A DNA stretch of 64,000 bases from an uncultured Solirubrobacterales bacterium (GTDB lineage Bacteria; Actinomycetota; Thermoleophilia; Solirubrobacterales; Solirubrobacteraceae). This document shows, in pieces, positions 49,485-59,649 of this stretch; the stretch's first letter is position 1; every line of letters begins with the position of its first letter. The position numbers and the translations under genes were made by a program. Under the pieces are notes generated by a model. The model worked only from the letters and a program-made list of their open reading frames with translations. It was not told the origin of the DNA and did not search any database. The stretch spans positions 55,114-119,113 of the forward strand of contig CAVWPT010000004.1 in assembly GCA_963756965.1 (NCBI GenBank). The letters are read 5' to 3'.

Positions 49485-51221
49485 ATGTCGGAGACGATCT
49501 CGAGGCTGGGCCACTGGCTTCCGCATGGGGGCTCACTGCCCTACGACGAGTGGAAACGCCGCCACAAGGTGATCGCCGTGCTGCTGCTGTTCTCGATCCT
49601 CGTCGCGGTCAGCTATGCGGTGCTGCTGCGCGGCGCCGGCGCACTCCACTACGCGCCCGAGGACGGCGCGCTGGCCCTCTTCGCCGCGGTCACCTGGAGC
49701 CCGGCCGGCTCCCGCAAGCTGAGGTCGCTGTCGGCCTCGCTGGGACTGCTGACGGTTGCAGCGCTTCTGGTCGACATCTCCGGCGGTCTGATCGAGATGC
49801 ACTTCGCGTTCTTCGTCGCGATCCTGATCCTGACGCTGTACGAGGACTGGGTCCCGTTCCTCGCGGCCGTCCTGTTCGTGCTGCTTCATCACGGGATCAT
49901 GGGGACGCTCGATCCGCAATCGGTTTTCGACCGTCCAGAGGAATGGGCCGATCCCTGGGCCTGGGCGGCGCTCCACGCACTGTTCGTGGCCCTCGCGGGA
50001 ATCGCCGGCGTGGCCGCCTGGCGCCTGAACGAGCAGGTCCGCGAGAGCATGAAGACGACCCAACAGAAGCTGCAGGAGGCCCACGATGAGCTGGCGGCTC
50101 TGGCCACCACCGACCCACTCACCGGGCTCGCTAATCACCGTGCCGTGATCGGCGTGATCGAGCAGGAGATCGAGCGCTCGAGGAGATATCGCCGGATGTT
50201 CTCCCTGCTGTTCCTGGACCTCGACCACTTCAAGGCGCTCAATGACACCTCCGGCCACCAGGTCGGCGACGAGGCGCTCAAAGCCCTTGGCATCCTGCTC
50301 GGACAGCGCTTGCGCGGCGTGGACACGCCTTCTCGCTGGGGCGGCGAGGAGTTCCTCGTGATCCTGCCTGAGACCGACCGGACGGAGGCACTGGCCGTCG
50401 CCGAGAAGATCCGGGAATCGGTCGCCAAGCATCCGTTCGGGGGAACCGGGATACACCTGACTTGCTCGATCGGCGTGGCGGAATATCCCGCCGATGGCTC
50501 CGACCGCAGCGGCCTGATCGACGCGGCCGATCGCGCGATGTACGCGGCGAAGAGCCTGGGTCGCAACCAGGCGCTGTCAGCTTCAGATCCTGCGATCCTG
50601 GCGCTGGGCGAGGAGAGCCCGGACAGCTCCCGGGATGACCTAGCGCTGGCCGGCGCAATCGAGGCATTGGCCATGCTGGTCGATGTCCGCGACGACTACA
50701 CCGGGACCCACGCCAACGACGTGAGCCGGCTGGCGCACGCGGTCTCGCTGGAGCTGGGGCTTGGCGCCGGCGAGGCGCAGCTGATCGCCGTGGCCGCCCG
50801 CCTGCATGACGTGGGCAAGGTCGCGGTGCCAGACGCGATTCTGTGTAAACGGGGCCGGCTTACCGAGGAGGAGTGGTCGATCATGCGCACGCACCCGGTG
50901 GTCGGCGCCGAGGTCGTGGGACTGATTCCCGCACTGCGCCCAATCGCCCCGATCGTACGCGCCCATCACGAGCGCGTCGATGGCAGCGGCTATCCCGGTG
51001 GGCTGAGGGGAGACGAGATCCCGCTGGGGGCGCGCGTGATTGCCGTCGCCGACGCCTACAGCGCGATGACCTCCGACCGGCCCTACCGCACGGCGTTGCC
51101 CGTCGAGGAAGCGCTGAGCGAGCTGAGGACAAATTCCGGGACCCAGTTCGACCCGGTGGTGCTCACCGCATTCGAGCGAATCTTGCTCCAGGACCCAGCG
51201 CCCGCGAAAGCGGCGGCGTAG
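49485..51221 (+). CDS. Membrane sensor - GGDEF - HD-GYP c-di-GMP enzyme
   Basis: About 6 TM; DPLTGLAN, RGVD...RWGGEEF, HDVGK, HHERVDGSGYP. Confidence 0.93.
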   Translation: MSETISRLGHWLPHGGSLPYDEWKRRHKVIAVLLLFSILVAVSYAVLLRGAGALHYAPEDGALALFAAVTWSPAGSRKLRSLSASLGLLTVAALLVDISGGLIEMHFAFFVAILILTLYEDWVPFLAAVLFVLLHHGIMGTLDPQSVFDRPEEWADPWAWAALHALFVALAGIAGVAAWRLNEQVRESMKTTQQKLQEAHDELAALATTDPLTGLANHRAVIGVIEQEIERSRRYRRMFSLLFLDLDHFKALNDTSGHQVGDEALKALGILLGQRLRGVDTPSRWGGEEFLVILPETDRTEALAVAEKIRESVAKHPFGGTGIHLTCSIGVAEYPADGSDRSGLIDAADRAMYAAKSLGRNQALSASDPAILALGEESPDSSRDDLALAGAIEALAMLVDVRDDYTGTHANDVSRLAHAVSLELGLGAGEAQLIAVAARLHDVGKVAVPDAILCKRGRLTEEEWSIMRTHPVVGAEVVGLIPALRPIAPIVRAHHERVDGSGYPGGLRGDEIPLGARVIAVADAYSAMTSDRPYRTALPVEEALSELRTNSGTQFDPVVLTAFERILLQDPAPAKAAA

Positions 51222-51229
51222 GACTTGGG

Positions 51230-52575
51230 CTAGTCCAGGGCGCGCGGTGCGGGCGGGCGCTCCTGCACCGCCCGGACGCCGTTTCGCGGCGCCAGCGTGA
51301 TCCCCCTGAACACGGCCTCCTCTGGCTGGGGGTCGGCGGCGCGCAGCACAGCTCGCTCGAGCACCCGGTTCAGCACGATTCGCATCTCCATCAGCGCAAA
51401 GCTGGCGCCAAGGCAACGGCGGGTTCCGCCGCCGAAGGGGATCCACGTATAGGTATCCGGCGCCTCGGGTCCGAGGAAGCGTTCGGGCCGGAAGCGCCCG
51501 TGGATCCCGATACAGATCCCCGCGGCGGTGAACGACCCGGATCGACGGGTTGATCTCGAATCCCGGGCGGGATCTCGTAACCGTTGAGCCGGAACGGCTC
51601 CCCGCGGACCACCCGCCCCACCCCGGGGATCACCGGACGCACCCGCAGCGACTCCTTGGCGACGGCGTCTAGATACTCGTCATCGCGCTGGCGAGCTCGG
51701 TCAAGCACTGCCGGGTCGTGCAGGAGGAGGTCGAAGGTCCACGCCAGACCTGTGGCGGTGGTCTCGTGTCCAGCGAGCAGGAGCGTGACAAGCTCGTCGC
51801 TGACCTCTTCGTCGGAGAGCTTCCGGCCGTCTTCGTCGGCCGCCATTAGCAGGGCGGAGAAAACATCGTCGCGGGACTCGAGATCTGGGTCGCCCCGCCG
51901 GCGGGCGATCTCGGCGAACAGCAGCTCATCGACGGCCTGGCGCGCGGCCTCGAACTGGCGCGTGGCGGTGGCCGGTTCCCCAGCCGGCCCAGCAGCGTCA
52001 TCAGCACTAGTCCGCGAGGACTGGGCGACCGGCGTGACCATCGTGCGCAGCCGGCGGCGGAGCTCCGCCTCGGCCGGGGCCGGGCGGTAGCCGAACACGG
52101 CCCTGACGATCACGCCAAGCGTGAGCGACTGCATGCTCGGGAAGAGCGGAACGGCTCGCCCACTGGCCAGGAATCGATCTCTGCGTCGGTAGCGTCGCGC
52201 ATAGCCTGCGCGTATTCCTGCATGTGCTGGCCGTGGAACGGCGGGAAGCATCAGCCGGCGGTGGCGCAGGTGCTCGTCCCCGTCCAGCAGCAGGACGGAG
52301 CGCTCTCCCAGCACCGGCCCGAGCAGCGCGTTGGCCTCTCCGGCGTGCAGCCGCTGGGGCGAGCCCTGGAAGAGCTGCTTGATCTGGTCCGGGTCGAACA
52401 GCATCACGAAGGAGCTGTCGAACACGGTCCGGAAGGTCACGATGTTTCCATAGCGGCGCCTGCACGCCTCCAGGAACCGGGCGCCGCCGAGGATGAATCC
52501 CGCGGTCTGGATCAGCCGGGGCCAGGCCGGACCGGGAGGAAGCGATGCGGGTACGGCGCCCATCATCGATACCAT
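51230..52575 (-). CDS. Cytochrome P450 (frameshifted)
   Basis: LPPGP, LLAGHETT, KESLR; PFGGGTRRCLG in a shifted frame. Confidence 0.9.
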
Positions 52576-52670
52576 CTACAGTGCGTAGGCGCGAACGCTC
52601 CGAATAGCGGCAGGCTCGGGGGCGGGTACCCGCCCCGTAGCGGGGGACGAACGGCAAGAAATACACACAA

Positions 52671-53823
52671 GTGCGGGACACCTTTCTCATCTTCGGCAGC
52701 CCGGTCATCGGCGAGGCAGGAGATCGCCGAGGTCGTCGACTCCATGCGCTCAGGCTGGGTGGGTACCGGCCCAAAGGTCCAGCGCTTCGAGCAGCAGCTG
52801 GCCAAGTACTGAACGTGCCCTACTGCCGCTGCGTGTCCTCGTGCACGGCCGCGCTGATCCTCTCGCTCCAGGTCCTGAATATCGGTCACGGGGACGAGGT
52901 GCTGGTTCCGGCGATGACGTTCGTGGCCTCGGCGAATGCGGTCGAGCATGCCGGCGCCACGCCGGTGCTCGTCGACTCCGTGCCGGATACCGGACTGATC
53001 GACCTCGATGCCATCGAGGCCGCCATCACTCCGCGGACCAAGGCGATCATGCCCGTCCATCTTGCCGGACGTCCGGTGGACATGGACGCCCTGACCGAGC
53101 TGCGAGATCGCCACGACTTCATCGTTGTCGAGGACGCCGCGCACGCGATCGGCGCTCGAGTGGCACGGGCGCAGCATCGGCGCCTTCGGCAACCTCACCG
53201 CGTACTCGTTCTATGTGACGAAGAACATCACCTCGATCGAGGGCGGTGCGCTCGTCACCGGGGACGAGGAGGTGGCCGCCGAGGTCGAGCGGTTGGCGCT
53301 GCATGGACTCAGCCTGGGTGCCTGGCAGAGGTTTTCCGACACCGGCTTCCGCCATTACGAGGTGGTGCGGCCCGGCTTCAAGTACAACATGACCGATGTC
53401 CAGGCGGCACTTGGCCTGCACCAGCTGCCCCAGCTGGACGCCTGGATCGACCGGCGGGCCCGAGCTATGGGAGCGCTACGACCGTCTCCTGGCTAATCTG
53501 CCGCTGCAAACGCCCGCGCTGAACCGGAGCCGGAGACCCGGCACGCGCGCCACCTCTACCAAGTGCTTCTGAGTCCCGAGGCCCCGGTTTCCCGTGACGG
53601 GCTGCTCGCCGCCTTGAGCGCGCGGAGGATCGGCACGGGCGTCCACTACCGCGGCGTCCACCTGCACCCCTACTACCGCGACAAGTACCAGCTCGAGCCG
53701 GCTGCAGTTCCCGGTGGCCAGCGACATCTCCGACCGGACGCTGAGCCTGCCGCTGAGCCCAAGGTCACCGAGCCGACCAGGACGACGTGGTCGGAGGCGC
53801 TGACCGAGCTGCTGGTCACGTGA
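52671..53823 (+). CDS. DegT/DnrJ/EryC1/StrS aminotransferase (frameshifted)
   Basis: SGWVGTGPKV, SSCTAAL, EDAAHAIG, SFYVTKNITSIEGG, GFKYNMTD. Confidence 0.92.
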
Positions 53824-55431
53824 GCAGCACCGCCGAGTTCCAGGCCACCCCTGGACGCCGCGGGAGCTGCTGCGCGGGTGCGGGCGGCCGGCGCGCCGGG
53901 CGATGCCGATCGAGGTATGGCTGCTGTGCGGCGTGATCGCGCGGCTAGCGGTTATTCGCTTTTTGGTGATCAACAACCAGAGCATTGTGGGCCGACGAGT
54001 CGCTGACCGCCACGAGGCGCGGCTCCCGTTCGGCGCCATGCTCACATCGTCTACCACGTAGGAGACGACGCCGCCGCTGTATTTCTTGGTGGTCTGGATT
54101 CTGGGCCCACGTCTTCGGGTACGGCGAAGTGTCGCTGCGGCTCGGTGTCGACCATCGCCGGCATCGCCGCTCGTGCCCGTCTGCTACGCGTGCGGCCGAA
54201 GGAGTTGGGTCCCGCCGCGTGGGCCTGCTGTCGCCGCCGCACTCTCGTGGCCGTCAACCCGTTCCTGATCTGGTACTCCCAGGAGGCCAGGTCGTACATG
54301 CTGCTGACGCGCTGTGCGGGCATCGTTTCTGTGGTTCATCTGCGCGCGCGGCCCAGCCAACGCGGCGCAACGTCGGGCTGGTGGGGCGTGTTGTCGGCGT
54401 GGCGATCGCGACCCACTTCTTTGCCGGTTTCCTGGTTGCGCCGAAGCGTTGTGGCTGCTGTGGATATCCCGCACGCGCCCGGTGATGCTGGTGTCGGCCG
54501 CCGCCGCCGTGGTCCAGGTGGCGATGATGCCGTTGGCCGTCACGGACGCCGGCCACGGCACGGGCTGGATCGGGCACATATCCCACTTCATAACCGCCTG
54601 TCCAAGGCGGTCGCCGAGTGGGGAGCGAGCATCATGTTCCGGCGCGCACGATCTGGGTGGGGTTGATCTCGGGGGCTCGTGGTCGGGCTCGTGGTTGCTT
54701 TTGTGCTGGCGTCCGGGGACAGGCGCACGCGCGACGGAGCCAAGGTGGGCGGCGTGGTGGCGGCACCGTGTGGTTCGCGCCGTTCCTGCTCGGCTAGCTG
54801 GGACACGACTACTTCCTGTCGCGCAACGTCATGCCCGCGCTGGTGCCGGTTGCCGTGCTGTTGGGATGGCCTGCCGGCGCCGCGCACGCGGTTGCTCGGC
54901 GCGCGTGATGGCGGCTCTGCTTTCGGTGTTCGGCTACGCCGCGGTCAACGTGCAGAGCCATCCGTATCTTCAGCGCCCCAACTGGCGGTCCGTCGCACGT
55001 GCGCTGGGCACGCCCCGCCGAACGCGGGCGATCCTGGCCACCGGCGGAACGAGCGCCTATCCGCTCGCCGTCTATCTCCGCGGCGTCGGCTGGCTTCAAC
55101 CGCTTCACCACAGCGCGTGGATCAGGGAAGTGGATGTGGTTGGGGCGACGAAGCGGTTCGCGCTCGTACCCGATCGCGATCGGGTATCCCGACACGATGT
55201 TTACGGACCGGGCGCCGTCAGCGAGTCAGGCTCGGCCCTGCCCGAGAAGGTGGCTCCCCGCGGAAGCATCCTGATCTCCCGCTTCCCGGTCCACAACTGG
55301 ATGGTGGCCCGCTTCCTGCTGCTGCATCCGCTTCACATTTCGGTGGCTCGGCTACCTTCCATCGCCGATGCGATACTTCCAGGACGTGCCGCAGGGAGTT
55401 ATTGAGCGTGATCCAGCCAGGGCCGAGGTAG
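53820..55431 (+). CDS. Glycosyltransferase family 39 (ArnT/PMT-like; heavily frameshifted)
   Basis: WADESLT, ETTPPLYF, NPFLIWYSQEARSY, ATHFFAGF, QRPNWR fragments across frames. Confidence 0.75.
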
Positions 55432-55452
55432 ACAGTCACAATTAAGGCGCAC

Positions 55453-56473
55453 ATGGCCGGTGATGCTCAAGCTCAAGCGACGCCCGACGAGGTTGTAGCT
55501 GAGCGTGGTCATGCCCGTATACGGGTGCGCGAGCTGCCTCGTCGCGCTCCACGAGCGGCTGACCGCCAGCGTGGCGTCGGTCACCGACTCATACGAGTTG
55601 GTGCTGGTGGACGACCGAAGCACGGACGGCGGCTGGGAGATCCTCCAGCGGCTGGCCCGAGCCGACGTCCACGTGAGGGCGTTCCGGCTGAGCCGCAACT
55701 TCGGCCAGCATGCCGCCATCACTGCGGGCCTGGCGATGGCGCGCGGCCGTTGGGCGGTGGTGATGGACTGCGACCTGCAGGAAGCGCCCGAGGAGATCCC
55801 GCGGCTCTGGGCGGCCGCGGGCGAGGGGTACGACGTGGTGCGGACGATCAGGCGGCAGCGCCACCATCCCCGGTTCAAACGGTGGGCCAGCCGCGCGTAC
55901 CGCAAGCTCACCCTTGAGACCGATGTACGGCCGGACTACAGCACGCTGAGCCTGATCTCACGGCAGGTGATAGATGCCTTCCTGCGCCTGCGTGACCGCG
56001 ACCGCGAGTACATGATCGCCCTCGACTGGCTGGGCTTCGACGCCACCACCGTCGAGATCGACCATCACGATCGCCACGCCGGCAGGAGTGGCTACACGCT
56101 GGAGCGACTGGTCCGGGTGGCGCTAGACGGGATGTTCTTCCGCAGCACCGTGTTGCTCAAGCTGGTGATTCTGCTCGGGTTCGTGATCGCGATGGTGGGC
56201 CTCGGCGTCGCGGGGTTCCAAGTGATCGAGTACTTCGCGGGCCCGAACAAGAACGTGCCGGGCTACACCAGCCTGGCGGTGCTCCTGCTCGTTCTCGCTG
56301 GGTTCATCATCGTCAGCGTCGGCGTGGTCGGGCTCTACGTCGGGCGAATCTTCGAGCAGGTCAAGGATCGCCCCCTGTTCCTGATCGACGCCGAGGCCGA
56401 GGGGCCGGATCGGGCCGAGGTCGAGGTCACGCCGCCCGCAGCACGTACACCTTCTCGCGCCCCCCAGGGATGA
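55453..56473 (+). CDS. Glycosyltransferase family 2 (ArnC/GtrB-like, 2 C-terminal TM)
   Basis: VVMPVY, VDDRSTD, LSRNFGQHAAITAGL, MDCDLQ, GLYVGRIFEQVKDRPLF; N-terminal indel ~55497. Confidence 0.92.
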
Positions 56474-57053
56474 GGAAGCGGCGCAGCACCCGTTCGCCAT
56501 AGCGCTCCATCAGCGCATCGAGCGACTCCTCGTTGAAGCGCTGATCGCCGGCGGCTCCTCCGCCGGTGCCGCCCGCACCGGGGTCGCTGGCCCGCCGTCC
56601 GACCCTTCCCAGCAGAGGATTGCCGCTGGAGGAAAGGTTTCGAATGGGCTCCGAGACGATCACGCGGTCGCGGGCGGCAGCGAGCATCTTCTCGATGATC
56701 GGCTCTGGGTTGGGGAGGAAGTGGTAGAGGCTGGCCTGCATAAGCGCTACGTCGGCAGCGGGCAGCGGCTCGGCGTCCTCGCCCAAATCGACGCGGCGGG
56801 CGTCGACGCCATGGGCCCGAAGTCGCTCGACGAAACGTTCGTTGACATCGAGGCCGACGTACGCGCTGGTGCGAGGGCGAAGATACCGCTGGTAGAGCGT
56901 GCCCGGCCCGCAGCAGAGCTCGACTACCGAGGAGCCCTCGGGCACCTCCTCGGCGACCACCTGCATGCGCTTGGTGTAGTTGCGCCCATAGAGGGCGCGC
57001 ATCACCAGCTCGTAGCCGAGGGCGCTGCGGTAGATCGGGCTGGCGTCGCTCAT
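56427..57053 (-). CDS. Class I SAM-dependent methyltransferase
   Basis: VVELCCGPG, YVGLDVN, QASLYHF. Confidence 0.85.
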   Translation of the reverse strand: MSDASPIYRSALGYELVMRALYGRNYTKRMQVVAEEVPEGSSVVELCCGPGTLYQRYLRPRTSAYVGLDVNERFVERLRAHGVDARRVDLGEDAEPLPAADVALMQASLYHFLPNPEPIIEKMLAAARDRVIVSEPIRNLSSSGNPLLGRVGRRASDPGAGGTGGGAAGDQRFNEESLDALMERYGERVLRRFLIPGGREKVYVLRAA

Positions 57054-57925
57054 CCCTGGCCGCTGGCGGCCTGAGAGGCCGCCGCGCGGTCTCCGAGGTC
57101 GGCGAGCGTCAGCTGGTGTGCGGGGGGGTCAGGCAGCGGGCAGGTCACGGTCGTTCTGAGATCTCCGCCTACGTGCAGGAGCTGACCGGGTTCGAGCGCC
57201 TTCCATCCCGCGTCCTCGTCCATCGGCTCTGACGCCACCACCACGGCAGCCCGGGAGCCCAGGTCGCCCGATCGCACCCGGATGCTGCCGCGCGCGCTGG
57301 CGTGCTCGAGGTAGCGGTGACCGGTGGGGCCGCCCGCCGCCCGCTCCAGGAAGTGGAGCTCGTGCACGTCGGGGTAGCGAAGCGCCCACAGCTCCGCCTC
57401 GGTGATCAGCACCAGGTTGAGCGCAAATACCGGCAGATGCTCGGCGACCCAACGAGCCGCCGACGCGATGCCCTTGCCGACGTCCTTTGCGGCAGCGACC
57501 TCCCGGCTGATCAGAGCGAAGAAGCGTTCGGAGTCCGTCTCGCCCTTGACGGCGGCCATCGCCTCGCCGAGCTCGCGCTCGAGCCCCGGGACGTCCCCAA
57601 TCACGCCGTTGTGTGCGAACACTCTGCCGTCCTCCTCGAACGGGTGGGTGTTCTCGAGCGCCACGGCACCGTTTGACGCATACCTCACGTGCGCGACGAA
57701 AGTCCTTGAGCACACCTCCTTGGCTTCCTGGCCAAATGCCTGATCCTCGTAGGCGGCCAGGGGCTGTTTTCGGACCACCGGCTTCCCGTCCTCGCCGTAG
57801 TACCCCAGGCCGGTCCCGTCAGGCTCGCGGCGGCTCTGCTGAGCCAGGGAGTCAGGCGCCTCCAGCAGCCAGAACGTGGCGCGTACCCGTTCGGGCCCGC
57901 CGCTCATCCCGAACAAACGGCACAT
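57050..57925 (-). CDS. Class II glutamine amidotransferase (EgtC/YafJ-like)
   Basis: MCRLFG, DGTGLG, AHVRYAS, NTHPF, FAHNG, GETDSE. Confidence 0.92.
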   Translation of the reverse strand: MCRLFGMSGGPERVRATFWLLEAPDSLAQQSRREPDGTGLGYYGEDGKPVVRKQPLAAYEDQAFGQEAKEVCSRTFVAHVRYASNGAVALENTHPFEEDGRVFAHNGVIGDVPGLERELGEAMAAVKGETDSERFFALISREVAAAKDVGKGIASAARWVAEHLPVFALNLVLITEAELWALRYPDVHELHFLERAAGGPTGHRYLEHASARGSIRVRSGDLGSRAAVVVASEPMDEDAGWKALEPGQLLHVGGDLRTTVTCPLPDPPAHQLTLADLGDRAAASQAASGQG

Positions 57926-57954
57926 CTTCTGTCGACGGTATTAGATTGAGCGTC

Positions 57955-59592
57955 GTGACAGAGCTGCGATCCAGGGTCGAGCAGGCTGCTCTGGAGGCAC
58001 GGTCGGCGGTTTACGCCCGCCGGGCCGGGATGATTGCGTTCGACCGGCCCGACCGGGCGAGGCGCATCTTCAAGGCGATGCAGCAGTTGGGGCAGCTGGG
58101 AGCCGCCATCACGATCGCCGGGATCCGGCACGGCGATCGCCTCGGATTGGTCGACGAGCTGGGAGTGCTGACCTTCGCCGAGCTCGATGCCCGCTCCAGC
58201 GCGCTCGCCTGCGCGATCCGCGAGCGCGGACTGAAGGAGGGGGAGTGCGTGGGGATTCTGTGCCGCAACCACCGCGGCTTCCTCGACGCCACGTTCGCTG
58301 CCGGGAAGGCCGGCGCTCGCACCCTGTACCTGAACACCGATTTCGCCGGACCGCAGCTGCTCGACGTGTGCCGGCGGGAGGGCGTACGCCTGCTGATCTC
58401 CGATGAGGAGTACGAAGAGCTGGTCGCCCCCGTGCAGCCCGAGCTCGGTCGTGTGCTCGCCTGGAGCGACGGCCCCAGCGGCCCCGACACGCTCGAGACA
58501 CTGGTCCACGAGCACCTCGGGCAGGAGCCGCCGGCGCCCGCTGAGCCCGGCCCGGTGGTGCTGCTGACCAGCGGGACCACGGGGACGCCCAAGGGCGCCT
58601 CACGCGCTCAGCAGGAAACCTCGCTTCACCCGATCGGGGCGCTGCTCTCGAAGGTCCCCTACCGGCGGCGCGAGGGCACCTACGTGGCCGCGCCAATGTT
58701 CCATGGGCTCGGCTTCACGCAGATGGTGCTTGCCGTGACCCTCGGTTGCACCACGATCACCCAGCGAAGGTTCAAGCCGGAACGAGTGCTGGACGGGATC
58801 ACCCGTCGACGGCCGACGGCGCTGGCCGTGGTCCCGGTGATGCTCCAGCGGATCGTCTCGGTGCTTGAGGAGAATCCCGGCCGCTGGGACACCAGCTCGC
58901 TTCGGATCGTGTTCTGTTCGGGCTCCCAGCTGGAGGCCGAGCTGGTCCGGCGTGGACAGCGCACGCTAGGAGACGTGCTCTACAACTTCTACGGCTCGAC
59001 CGAGGTGGCTTGGGCCACATTTGCCACCCCAGAGGATCTGCGGGCGGCTCCCGGCACCGCTGGGAAGCCCCCGTTCGGCACGCTCGTGCGCCTGTATGAC
59101 GACGAAGGCCGTCCCGTGTCGGGAGACGGCGCGGTGGGGCGGATCTTCGTCGGCAACGGCTTTCAGTTCGATGGATACACCGGCGGCGGTAACAAGGAGG
59201 TCATCGACGGTCTGATGAGCACCGGCGATGTCGGCCACTTCGACTCCGACGGGAGGCTGTTCGTCGACGGGCGGGACGACGACATGATCGTGTCCGGCGG
59301 GGAGAACCTGTTTCCGGGCGAGGTGGAGGAGCTACTCATCACCCACGAGGCGATCGAGGAGGCAGCGGTGATTGGGGTCGACGACCCCGAGTTCGGTCAG
59401 CGCCTCGCCGCGTACGTGGTGCTCCGCGCCGACGTCGCGCTGACCGAGGAGGAGGTCAAGGAGTTCGTCAAGCGCAACCTCGCGAGGTACAAGGTCCCGC
59501 GCGAGGTCCACTTCCTGTCGGAGCTTCCGCGCAACCCCACCGGCAAGGTGCTCAAGCGAGAGCTGCGGCGCTCACATGCCACGGCCACGTGA
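57955..59592 (+). CDS. Acyl-CoA synthetase (AMP-binding)
   Basis: LTSGTTGTPKG, YGSTE, TGD, GRDDDMIVSGGEN, PRNPTGK. Confidence 0.93.
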   Translation: MTELRSRVEQAALEARSAVYARRAGMIAFDRPDRARRIFKAMQQLGQLGAAITIAGIRHGDRLGLVDELGVLTFAELDARSSALACAIRERGLKEGECVGILCRNHRGFLDATFAAGKAGARTLYLNTDFAGPQLLDVCRREGVRLLISDEEYEELVAPVQPELGRVLAWSDGPSGPDTLETLVHEHLGQEPPAPAEPGPVVLLTSGTTGTPKGASRAQQETSLHPIGALLSKVPYRRREGTYVAAPMFHGLGFTQMVLAVTLGCTTITQRRFKPERVLDGITRRRPTALAVVPVMLQRIVSVLEENPGRWDTSSLRIVFCSGSQLEAELVRRGQRTLGDVLYNFYGSTEVAWATFATPEDLRAAPGTAGKPPFGTLVRLYDDEGRPVSGDGAVGRIFVGNGFQFDGYTGGGNKEVIDGLMSTGDVGHFDSDGRLFVDGRDDDMIVSGGENLFPGEVEELLITHEAIEEAAVIGVDDPEFGQRLAAYVVLRADVALTEEEVKEFVKRNLARYKVPREVHFLSELPRNPTGKVLKRELRRSHATAT

Positions 59593-59649
59593 GAATCCGC
59601 ACACCCGAGCTTTAGAGCCGGCGAACGCCGCGTGCCAAACTATGGGCCC

